From positions 10,025-74,024 of the forward strand of contig JAJXUD010000007.1 in NCBI GenBank assembly GCA_021783235.1: a stretch of 64,000 bases of DNA. Direction: 5' to 3'. Origin of the DNA: Myxococcales bacterium (GTDB lineage Bacteria > Myxococcota > Myxococcia > Myxococcales > JAKAPL01). Both the position numbers and the translations under genes were made by a program. The notes beneath the pieces are model-generated. The model was not told where the DNA came from and did no database searches. It saw only the letters and a list, made by a program, of their open reading frames with translations. Within the stretch, counting starts at the first letter, position 1, and each line of letters begins with the position of its first letter. Positions 48,174 to 56,813 of the stretch are shown in pieces.

Positions 48174-48992
48174 GTGCGCCTCCTCTGGCCGATTGCCCCC
48201 GAGTTCCGGGCGCTTCCATTGACGGCGGCGCTTCTGCTCGGCGCCCCCCAGGCGCTCGCCCAGGGCTTCGGGCTGGACCTGTCGTCGAAACCGCCTCAGG
48301 ACAGCGCAGCCCAGCCTGCGGAGTCGCAACCTCCTCCGCCTCCCCCGCCGCCCGCAGCGGCGCCACCGCTCGAAGCGCCCGCCGCCGAGGCGGCCAGCAC
48401 GAATCCGGCGGAGCGGGACGTCCAACTGGCCGATCGCGTCAAGAGCGTGCAGAGGAAGAGCTTCCTGATGACCCATCGACTGAGCCTCTCGGTCGATGGC
48501 TTCGCGTCGATCAACGACGCCTTCTTCCAGAAGTGGGGCGGCGGTCTGCAGCTCGCCTTCGCGTTCTCCGAGCCGTTCTCGCTCGTGGCCCACGTCGATT
48601 ACTTCGGGGACCAGGAGACCCCGAACGTGCTCCTCGCGAAGGAGGTCCTCACCGCGCAGCTCTATGCGACCCGGCTCCACGGCCTCGGCGGACTCGACTT
48701 CGCCTGGACCCCGGTCTACGGCAAGCTGGCGGCCTTCGGCGCCATCGCCCACTTCGATCTCTACCTGCTCGCGGGATTCGGCGGGGCGCAAGGGGAGCAG
48801 GGGATTCTCCCGGCCTCCGAGGTCGGCGTCGGACAGCGCCTCTTCCTGACCGACTGGATGTCCTTCGGGATCGAGGCTCGCTACGACCTCTACCTCGATG
48901 CCGCCACGGGAGGGCCGGCGACGATCCAGCGCGCGTTGCTCGTCGGCGCGCTCGCCACCATCTGGATCCCCTTCCACCAGGAGGAACGTTGA
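48174..48992 (+). CDS. OM beta-barrel protein, GltA/GltB (NfsA/NfsB)-family-like, copy 1
   Basis: Signal peptide ...LTAALLLGAPQALAQG and a Pro/Ala-rich linker. Motif FAWTPVYGKLAAFGAIAHFDLYLLAGFGG is shared with the next gene. Located at the head of the glt-like operon. Confidence 0.7.
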   Translation: MRLLWPIAPEFRALPLTAALLLGAPQALAQGFGLDLSSKPPQDSAAQPAESQPPPPPPPPAAAPPLEAPAAEAASTNPAERDVQLADRVKSVQRKSFLMTHRLSLSVDGFASINDAFFQKWGGGLQLAFAFSEPFSLVAHVDYFGDQETPNVLLAKEVLTAQLYATRLHGLGGLDFAWTPVYGKLAAFGAIAHFDLYLLAGFGGAQGEQGILPASEVGVGQRLFLTDWMSFGIEARYDLYLDAATGGPATIQRALLVGALATIWIPFHQEER

Positions 48993-49768
48993 CCGCCCGG
49001 ATCCCGGTCCTTCTCGTCCTCCTCGCCGGAGCACCGGCGCTCGCCGCGCCGCAGCCGGCGCCGCGGGCGGCGACCAGCGCGCCTCCGCGGGCCGCGGCCG
49101 ACAGCCCGTCCAAGGAAGAGGCGGCGCCCGCAGAGGAGGCGCGGCCGCCATCGCTCGAGAGCCGGATCCCGCCCGTCTCGGGCCAAGCGTTCACGACGTC
49201 CGGGCGTTTCGAGCTGACGCCCGGCCTGGGCCTCTCGCTGAACGACCCCTTCGTCCAGAAATTCATCCCGGAACTCGCGCTCGGCTACCACCTGAGTCAG
49301 AGCCTCTACCTCGGCCTGCGCGGCGGCTACGCCCTCTCGACCTTCTCGGGCGTCGTCAGCGCCTGCAGCGAGACGGGCTCCGGGCCAAGCTGCGGGCCGC
49401 CCTCCGCGACCCAACTCGGCCAGCTTCCCGGACAGATGAGCTTCATGTGCTTCGTCGAGGCGGGTTGGTCGCCCATCTACGGGAAGGTGAGCCTGTTCGC
49501 CGAGAAGGTCATCCACTTCGATTTCTCGGCCCTGCTCGGGGTGGGCGCCATCGGCATCGGCACGCCCGCCTCGCCGGACGGAACCGTCTCGGCCGGATCG
49601 ACCATCAGCCCCGCGCTCGGGCCCGGCCTCGGTGAGCGGCTCTTCTTCGGCGAGCACGTCGCGCTCGAGGCCGAGTTGCGGGACTACGTCCTCCTGAGCC
49701 CGAGCTTGACCACCCAGCTCATGTTTCACGTCGGGCTGGCCTTCTTGATGGGTGGGGGCCAGGGATGA
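48989..49768 (+). CDS. OM beta-barrel protein, GltA/GltB (NfsA/NfsB)-family-like, copy 2
   Basis: TTG start overlapping the upstream stop (TTGA), with AGGAGGA upstream. Signal peptide IPVLLVLLAGAPALAAP. Motif AGWSPIYGKVSLFAEKVIHFDFSALLGVG. Confidence 0.7.
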   Translation: MTARIPVLLVLLAGAPALAAPQPAPRAATSAPPRAAADSPSKEEAAPAEEARPPSLESRIPPVSGQAFTTSGRFELTPGLGLSLNDPFVQKFIPELALGYHLSQSLYLGLRGGYALSTFSGVVSACSETGSGPSCGPPSATQLGQLPGQMSFMCFVEAGWSPIYGKVSLFAEKVIHFDFSALLGVGAIGIGTPASPDGTVSAGSTISPALGPGLGERLFFGEHVALEAELRDYVLLSPSLTTQLMFHVGLAFLMGGGQG

Positions 49769-51648
49769 CGCGCCTTGCCCTTCCCCTTTCCCTCGTGCTC
49801 CTCGCCGCCGTACCGGCTCGGGCGCAGATGTCCTTCCAGGGCCTCAATCTGACGGACGACAGCCATCCCGCGAAGAAGAAGAAAAAGAAGCATACGCACC
49901 GAGGGCATCGCAGGCCGGAGGACGAAGGGCCGGCCGCGCCGCCGCCGGAGGTCGCGCCCCCGCCGGCCACGACGCCTCCCGCGGGCCTGGGCCTCGATCT
50001 CTCGGCCCACCCGCCGACGGTCCGGAGGTCGCTCGCCTCGCCGCCCGCGCCGCTGGTGCTGCCTGGACTCGCCGTGGGGAAGGGCGGCGCGACCCGCGTC
50101 CAGCTCGATGGCATCGCGAAGCAGTACAAGTCCGGCGACTACCGGGAGGCGGCGGTCGGTGCGTGGGACGCCCTCCAGAAGGCCGGGGATCCCGTCCAGT
50201 CGGCCGAGGCCGAGTACCTGCTCGCAAAGTCGCTCTACAAGCTGAAGATGTACCACTCGGCGCTTCACCACTTCTCGCGCGTCCTCGCGCGGGGTGAGCG
50301 GGGGAAGTTCTTCCGCCCGAGCCTCGAGTGGCTCTTCTTCATCAGCCGCAAGACGGTCGACGAGAGCATCGTGCTCGACGACGTGGCGCGCTGGGCGAAC
50401 GTCGAGTTCCCGGTGCGCTACCAGAGCGAGTTCCGCTACCTGCTCGCGCGCTACTACCTCGAGCGGGCGGAGGCGCTCTTCCAGGCCGGCCAGCTTCCGG
50501 AAGGGCGAGCGGCGCTCCACGAGGCCCGCCGCCTAGTCGAGATGGTCCCGGCGACGACCCCTTACTTCGTCAAGGCGCGTTTCCTCGCGGGAACCGCCGC
50601 CTACCAGGACGCCGAGATCGGACTCCTGCCCGGGCAGCCCGCCGCGCCAGCGGCGCTCGCCCCGGCGCTCGAGGCCTTCAAGGAGGTCATCCGGTACACG
50701 AACCCGCGCTGGTCCGGCGCGACTCACGACTGGAAGACGCGCGACCTCGCCTTCATGGATCTCGCCCGGATCCACTATGAGGCGCGGCAGAACCGAAACG
50801 CCGTCTACTACTATTCGAAGGTCACGCGGGGCGGGGAGGACTGGCTCGAGGCGCTCTACGAGGAGGCTTGGGCCTACTACCGGATGGGGGATGACGAGCG
50901 GGCGCTCGGGAACATGATTACGCTGCACTCTCCCTTCTTTCAGGGCGAGTACTTCCCGGAGTCGCTCACGGTCAAGGCGATCATCTACTACGAGAACTGC
51001 CGCTACGAGGAGGCGGGCCTGGCCATCGACGAGTTCGACCACATTTACGGCCCCGTGCAGCAGGAGCTGGAGCGGATCACGGGGCGGGATCAGCCCCCCG
51101 AGTCCTTCTACGATCTCCTCGACGACATCCAGCGCAAGCAGAAGAAGAATGGATCGAACGCGCTCCTCGACCGGATCCTCAAGCTCGCCCTCTCAGATCA
51201 GGATCTCCGTCGGCGAAACAGCGCTATCCAGGAGATCGAGGCCGAGAACGATCGGGTCTCCGCCGCTCCCGAGGCGTTCCGCTACAGCGATCTCGCGAAG
51301 TCGCTCCTCGAGGGGCTCAAGCAGGAGCGCCAGGCGGCCATCACCCAGGCGGGCCTGATCGCGCGCGCCAAGCTGGAGCAGGAGCGCGACGAGCTCAAGG
51401 ATCTGCTCGGCAAGGCGCTGCGCATCAAGTTCGAGACGCAGGAGAAGGAGAAGGAGCTGCTCGAGCAGAAGATCGCCGGCCGTGCGGCTCGGCCGGAGGA
51501 GCTGCACGGCTACCGCTACTCCGTGGCCACCGGGGGCGACGAGGAGTACTGGCCGTTCGACGGCGAGTACTGGCGCGACGAGCTCGGCACCTACCAGTAC
51601 ACCCTCACGAAGGGCTGTCGGCAGAGACGGCTCGGAGGAGAGCGGTGA
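49765..51648 (+). CDS. Secreted TPR-like protein, GltC/NfsC-like
   Basis: ATGA overlap. Signal peptide LALPLSLVLLAAVPARAQ. Basic KKKKKKHTHRGHRR patch. TPR-like helices. Third position in the operon, as in nfsABC / gltBAC. Confidence 0.72.
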   Translation: MTRLALPLSLVLLAAVPARAQMSFQGLNLTDDSHPAKKKKKKHTHRGHRRPEDEGPAAPPPEVAPPPATTPPAGLGLDLSAHPPTVRRSLASPPAPLVLPGLAVGKGGATRVQLDGIAKQYKSGDYREAAVGAWDALQKAGDPVQSAEAEYLLAKSLYKLKMYHSALHHFSRVLARGERGKFFRPSLEWLFFISRKTVDESIVLDDVARWANVEFPVRYQSEFRYLLARYYLERAEALFQAGQLPEGRAALHEARRLVEMVPATTPYFVKARFLAGTAAYQDAEIGLLPGQPAAPAALAPALEAFKEVIRYTNPRWSGATHDWKTRDLAFMDLARIHYEARQNRNAVYYYSKVTRGGEDWLEALYEEAWAYYRMGDDERALGNMITLHSPFFQGEYFPESLTVKAIIYYENCRYEEAGLAIDEFDHIYGPVQQELERITGRDQPPESFYDLLDDIQRKQKKNGSNALLDRILKLALSDQDLRRRNSAIQEIEAENDRVSAAPEAFRYSDLAKSLLEGLKQERQAAITQAGLIARAKLEQERDELKDLLGKALRIKFETQEKEKELLEQKIAGRAARPEELHGYRYSVATGGDEEYWPFDGEYWRDELGTYQYTLTKGCRQRRLGGER

Positions 51649-54600
51649 GCCTCCGGGCGTGGGCAGGAGTCGTGGCCGTCTCGCTGCTCGCCCTGCCGGG
51701 GGGCGCCCGCGGCGCATCCTCGCGAGAGGTGAGCCTCGGCCGCAAGCAGCAGAGCGGTCAGGGCCCGGACGTCTCGCTGGCGGGCGACGTGCGGCGTCAG
51801 AAGAAGCACGAGGAGTACCGCCCCGCCGTCGAATACGACGCCTTCCGGTTCGAGCTCGAGCTCCAGGTGGCCTCGAAGCGCAACGACCAGCTCGAGACGC
51901 TCGGCAAGATCATCGCGCTGGGCTCGTCCGACAAGGAGATGCCGGACCTGCTCTTCCGCTACGCCGAGCTGCTCTGGGAGGAGAGCCGCTACCTCTTCTT
52001 CGAGGCCAACCGCGAAGACGACGACTACATCCGCGCGAAGAACAAGGGCGACCAGGCCGCGATGCAGAAGGCGATGGCCGACAAGCAGGCCTACCTCGCG
52101 AAGAGCCAGCGCTACCAGGCGAACGCGGTCGCTCGCTACAAGGAGATCGTCCTCCGCTTCCCGCGCTACCAGCGGATGGACGAGGTGCTCTACTTCCTCG
52201 GGCACAACCTCTGGGACGAGAACCACGAGCAGGAGGCCCTCGGGATCTACAAGCTGCTCGTCACCCGATACCCGCAGTCGAAGTACCTCCCCGACGCCTT
52301 CCTCGCGTTCGGCGAGTACTACTTCGACAACTCGAAGGGGCAGCGGCCGGCGTTGCTCAAGGCGCTCGCCGCCTACAAGAAGGCCGCGAGCTACCCCGAG
52401 AACAAGGTCTATCTCTACGCGCTCTACAAGCAGGCCTGGTGCCACTACAACCTCGCGAGCTACCCCCAGGCACTCGACCTCTTCAAGACGGTCATCCTCT
52501 ATGCCGACCTTTCGACGACGGTGAACAAGGGCAGCAAGCTCAAGCTCGCGAAAGACGCCCGTAAGGACTACGTCCTCACCTATAGCCACTACGGCAATCC
52601 GCTCGGGGCGAAGGAGGACTTCCTCAAGGTCGGAGGGCAGGAGAACTGGTGGGCGATGCTCAAGGGGCTCGCCGGCTTGTACTACGACGACGGAAACGAC
52701 AAGGCGGCCGTCCTGACCTACCGGCAGCTCATCCGCGAGCGGCCGCTCTCGCCGGAGGCGCCATTCTTCCAGGCGCGGATCGTCGACGCGATGATGCGGG
52801 TCGGCAACAAGAAGATCACCGCCCAGCAGGCGCAGATCCTCGTCCAGATTCTCGAGAAGGTGAAGTCGAGCGGCCTCGGCAAGACCGAGGGCGACAAGAA
52901 GACGCTCGCCGCCGCAGACGATCTCGCCGAGCGGACGCTCTCCAATCTCGCCGTGACCTGGCACAACGAGGGGAAGAAGACGCGCGACGAGGAGACCTAC
53001 GTCCAGGACGACGAGATCTACCGCGACTACCTCGAACTCTTCCCGAACAGCCCCAAGGCCTACGACCTCCGCTTCTACCACGGCGAGCTCCTCTACGATC
53101 AGCTCCAGAGCTACGGCCCCGCCGCCCGGGAATATGGGCGGGTGGTGGCGCGCGACGTCGCCCGGATCAAGGCTCACGAGAAGCCCGGCCGTTGGTTCGC
53201 GAAGGCGCTCGAGGATCAGGTCTTCGCGTCGGAAGAGGTTGCCCGCGTGGCCGCCGCCAAGGTGGCGCCCCCTGCCAAGTCGACCACGCCCTTGCCGATT
53301 CCGCCGGAGCAACAGGGGCTGCTCTCGGCCTGCGACGCCTACCTCGCCTGGCTCCCGAAGGGGCCGAAAGTGGTCGAGGTCACGTACAAGGCGGCGCAGA
53401 TCTACTACCGCTACAATCACTTCGACGATGCGGTGAAGCGTTTCTCGTTCATCGCGACGCAGCACCCCGAGAGCGACGTCGCGGTCTACAGCGCGAACCT
53501 CGTCTTGGACAGCTACAACCTCCTCGGCGACTACGCGAAGGTCCACGAGTGGGCGCGGAAGTTTCTCGCGATGCCGAAGCTCGCCAAGGGCAAGTTCCAC
53601 GACGACCTGCTCAAGATCATCGAGGAGTCCGGCTTCAAGCTGGTCGAGCGGGACGAGAAGGCGGGCCACTTCGAGCAGGCCGCCGAAGCCTACCTCGGGT
53701 TCGCGCGGGACTTTCCGAGGGGAGAGCGGGCCGATCAGGCGCTCTGGAACGCCGCCGCGGATTTCTACAAGGCCCACGACTACGAGCGGTCGCTGGCGGC
53801 CCGCGAGCAGCTGATCGCGCGCTACCCTCAGAGTCCCCTCATGCCGAAGGCGCTGTTCGCGAACGCCGAATCGCACGAGGCGAGGGCGGACTTCGCTCAG
53901 GCCGCGGCCGAGTTCGAGCGATACGCGGAGGCCTACGAGCGGCAGGTCGGCGGAGGCGCTGGTGCGGGGAAGCATCGCCGCCGCGCCGCCACGCAAGCGC
54001 CCTCGCCGGTCCACTTCGACGAGCAGAAGGCGCAGGAGGCGCTGATCAACGCGGCGGTCTTCCGGGTCGGGCTGCGGCAATACCAGGCGGCCCTCAAGGA
54101 TCGGGAGGCCTACCTCGACCTCTGGCCGGTCGGGAGGCGAGGCGGCGAGACGAGCGAGCAGGTCTTCGCCTCGATGGCGGACGTCTACGAGGCGCAGGGC
54201 AAGACCCAGCTCGCCATCAAACAGTTCGAGGACCACCTGCGGCGGGTGGGGCGAGAAGCGAACGCCTACCTGACCGTTCAGGGACGGCTCGCGAAGCTCT
54301 ACGAACGCGCGCACAACTCGACGGTGGCGCGCAAGATCGACGAGGAGATCCTCGCCTTCTACAAGCACGCCTCGAGGAAGCATCTGTCGCCCGAGGCCTA
54401 CGACGCGGTCGGCCATGCCAGCTACGTCCTGAACGAGGACGCCTTCGCGGCCTTCGACGCCCAGCGGCTGCATCTGCCGGAGAAGAGGCTCCTCGCCGAC
54501 GTCCAGGCGAAGGCGAAGTCACTCCTCGAGATCCAGCGGCTCTACACCGAGACGGTCTCGCTCCACTCGGGGGACCCCGCGATCTGCGCGCTCTGGAAGA

Positions 54601-55139
54601 TCGGCCTCGCCTACCAGAAGTTCGCCCAGGCGCTCTACGATGCCCCGATTCCCGCCCAGTTCAGGGGTCAGGAGCAGCTGGTCCAGGCTTACAAGGATCA
54701 GCTCGCCCAGCAGGCGATGCCCGTCGAGGCCAAGGCCAAGGAGGCCTTCCAGAGCGCCGTGGCCAAGTCGCGCGAGCTCGGCATCTACAACGATTGCGCC
54801 GCGAAGTCGCTCGCCGGGCTTCGAAAGTACGATCCGGCGGGCTTCGGCGACGCGCCGGAGCTGACCGTCGCCGTGGCGTCGCGAGAGCCCGCCACGCCCG
54901 CAGCCGGGCTGATGGCCGAGATCCGGCCCCGCGAGGCCTCGAGCCTTCGTCCGGCAGCTTCGGCGGCGGCGCCTCCGCCCGTCCAGCCCGAATCCCAGCC
55001 CGCCTCTCCGGCCGCCGAAGACGATCGGCCGCCCGAGCCGTCGCCATCGGCCGAGGTCGCCCCGCCCCAGCCTCCGCCCGCCGCCGCTGCGGCGCCCACG
55101 CCGTCGCCCGATTCCCACGACGAGGAGCCCAGCTTCTGA
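51645..55139 (+). CDS. Large periplasmic TPR protein, GltD(AgmU)/NfsD-like
   Basis: GTGA overlap. Signal peptide. 1164 aa of TPR-like repeats with a Pro/Ala-rich C-terminal tail. Size and position match GltD/NfsD. Confidence 0.78.
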   Translation: MSLRAWAGVVAVSLLALPGGARGASSREVSLGRKQQSGQGPDVSLAGDVRRQKKHEEYRPAVEYDAFRFELELQVASKRNDQLETLGKIIALGSSDKEMPDLLFRYAELLWEESRYLFFEANREDDDYIRAKNKGDQAAMQKAMADKQAYLAKSQRYQANAVARYKEIVLRFPRYQRMDEVLYFLGHNLWDENHEQEALGIYKLLVTRYPQSKYLPDAFLAFGEYYFDNSKGQRPALLKALAAYKKAASYPENKVYLYALYKQAWCHYNLASYPQALDLFKTVILYADLSTTVNKGSKLKLAKDARKDYVLTYSHYGNPLGAKEDFLKVGGQENWWAMLKGLAGLYYDDGNDKAAVLTYRQLIRERPLSPEAPFFQARIVDAMMRVGNKKITAQQAQILVQILEKVKSSGLGKTEGDKKTLAAADDLAERTLSNLAVTWHNEGKKTRDEETYVQDDEIYRDYLELFPNSPKAYDLRFYHGELLYDQLQSYGPAAREYGRVVARDVARIKAHEKPGRWFAKALEDQVFASEEVARVAAAKVAPPAKSTTPLPIPPEQQGLLSACDAYLAWLPKGPKVVEVTYKAAQIYYRYNHFDDAVKRFSFIATQHPESDVAVYSANLVLDSYNLLGDYAKVHEWARKFLAMPKLAKGKFHDDLLKIIEESGFKLVERDEKAGHFEQAAEAYLGFARDFPRGERADQALWNAAADFYKAHDYERSLAAREQLIARYPQSPLMPKALFANAESHEARADFAQAAAEFERYAEAYERQVGGGAGAGKHRRRAATQAPSPVHFDEQKAQEALINAAVFRVGLRQYQAALKDREAYLDLWPVGRRGGETSEQVFASMADVYEAQGKTQLAIKQFEDHLRRVGREANAYLTVQGRLAKLYERAHNSTVARKIDEEILAFYKHASRKHLSPEAYDAVGHASYVLNEDAFAAFDAQRLHLPEKRLLADVQAKAKSLLEIQRLYTETVSLHSGDPAICALWKIGLAYQKFAQALYDAPIPAQFRGQEQLVQAYKDQLAQQAMPVEAKAKEAFQSAVAKSRELGIYNDCAAKSLAGLRKYDPAGFGDAPELTVAVASREPATPAAGLMAEIRPREASSLRPAASAAAPPPVQPESQPASPAAEDDRPPEPSPSAEVAPPQPPPAAAAAPTPSPDSHDEEPSF

Positions 55140-56500
55140 TGCGTACGCGCTCACTCCTCCTCGCCTTCGCTGCGTCGGCGATCGGCTGTGCCGGCGCCAA
55201 GGCCGTCCAGCGCCCCGTCGCTACCGCCCCTCCGCCCCCGCCGGTAGCGTCCTCGGCTCCCGTGGTGAGCTCGTCCGAGCCGTCGCCCCGGGCGCGACGG
55301 CTCTTCTCCGACGCCTGCGATCGCTATCGCGCCGAGGCGAAGGCCGGCGCGATCGACTACGCGGGCCTCGAAGCCCGCTTCGAGGAGGTGGCGGAGATCG
55401 CGCCCGGCTTCGCGGAGCCCCGCTACGACCTGGGGCTGCTCTACGAGCGTCATGGACTGCTCGACAAGGCCGCCGAGGCATACCGTGAAGCCCTGCGGCT
55501 GGACCCGGGACTCGGTCCAGCCGCCGCCAACCTGGCGGGGCTCTACCTCGCACGTGGCCAGAGGGACCAGGCCGTCTCGCTTCTCGAGAAGGTCATCCCG
55601 CTCGACCGGGCCGACGCGAGTTGCCGCGCGTTGCTCGCAAAGGTGATCGCGAAGGAAGGGAATGCCGGACGGGCGATCTCGCTTGCGAAGCAAGCGCTCG
55701 CCCGAGATCCGAAGAACGCCCTCGCGTACAGGGTGCTCATCGATGAGGCGCTCGCCCGAGGGGACGACGAGCTCGTCCGGCTGCTCGCCATCAAGGCAGC
55801 GAAGGCGAACGCGAAAGATCCATCGATTCCAATCGCCCTCGCACGGCTCGCGCTCGCGAAGAAGGACGTTCCGGCGGCGGTGCTTCAGTACGAGGCGGCC
55901 TTGACGCTCGATCCCCGCGACGAGCGAGCGCTCGCCTCGCTCGCCCAAATCGCGCTCGAGCACCGGGACTTCGCTTCGGCCGAGGCGAGGTACCGAAAGC
56001 TGCTCCAGGCCGATCCGAAGGCCTGCGCGGCGCATCTCGACCTCGGGGTTTGCGAGCGGGCCGAGGGGCGGCTGGACGAAGCGATCTCCGAGTACCGCGC
56101 CGCCCTCGCCTGCGACCCCAAGCTCGTCGTCGCCTTCTACGATCTAGGCTTGCTCTACCACCGGCAGAAGAACGACTGCGTCGAGGCCGAAGGGCTCTAT
56201 CGCGAGTTCGTGTCGAAGAGCGCCTCTGCCCTTCCAGGCGATCACCCGGTCTTCGGAAACCTCCAGGAGTGCCAGCAGATCGCGGCGATGGAGGCGCGGG
56301 AGAAGGAGCAGAAGGCCCACGCCGCTCCGTCCCCCACGCCACCCGCCACGCCGGCTCCCACGGCCTCGCCATCCAGCGCCTCCCCCGCGAAGCCCGCCTC
56401 CGGGCCACCGGCTGCCTCGCCGCCGGCTGCGACCGCGCCGGTCCCGAACGCCAAGGCCCCACCGCCAGCGGCCACGGACGCCGCGGAGCCCTCGATGTGA
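55139..56500 (+). CDS. TPR lipoprotein, GltE(AglT)/NfsE-like
   Basis: TGATG overlap. Lipobox AASAIGC. Canonical TPRs (AEAYREALRLDPGLGPAAANLAGLY...). Pro/Ala-rich tail. Hidden in the tail of shadow ORF 52649..56500. Confidence 0.75.
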   Translation: MRTRSLLLAFAASAIGCAGAKAVQRPVATAPPPPPVASSAPVVSSSEPSPRARRLFSDACDRYRAEAKAGAIDYAGLEARFEEVAEIAPGFAEPRYDLGLLYERHGLLDKAAEAYREALRLDPGLGPAAANLAGLYLARGQRDQAVSLLEKVIPLDRADASCRALLAKVIAKEGNAGRAISLAKQALARDPKNALAYRVLIDEALARGDDELVRLLAIKAAKANAKDPSIPIALARLALAKKDVPAAVLQYEAALTLDPRDERALASLAQIALEHRDFASAEARYRKLLQADPKACAAHLDLGVCERAEGRLDEAISEYRAALACDPKLVVAFYDLGLLYHRQKNDCVEAEGLYREFVSKSASALPGDHPVFGNLQECQQIAAMEAREKEQKAHAAPSPTPPATPAPTASPSSASPAKPASGPPAASPPAATAPVPNAKAPPPAATDAAEPSM

Positions 56501-56516
56501 GCGAGGAACGACATCC

Positions 56517-56798
56517 ATGGTAGACTCTCGGTCCGTGCTCGCGACGTTCAAATGGCTGTCCTTGCTCGGGCTGCTCGCCCTGCCGCTCGCCGCCGGATCC
56601 GCACACGCCGCGGACAAGGGAGGCGTCGTCTACGAGAAGAAGACCGTGATCAACTTCGAGGACGACACGATCCAGGGCGACCTGACGCGACCCGACGGCG
56701 AGTACGTCGAGGCGCGCAAGAAGGTCTCGCACTCGAACCTGATCCGGATTCGCGAGGAGTTTCGCCAGAAGGTCCTGAAGTCGGCTGGTGAGCTCTAG
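56517..56798 (+). CDS. Small secreted/TM protein, GltF/NfsF-like by position
   Basis: 93 aa. Hydrophobic N-terminus WLSLLGLLALPLAAGSAHA. Conserved-looking TVINFEDDTIQGDLTRPDGEYV. Lies between the E-like and G-like genes. Confidence 0.6.
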   Translation: MVDSRSVLATFKWLSLLGLLALPLAAGSAHAADKGGVVYEKKTVINFEDDTIQGDLTRPDGEYVEARKKVSHSNLIRIREEFRQKVLKSAGEL

Positions 56799-56813
56799 CT
56801 CGAGCACGCGAAC

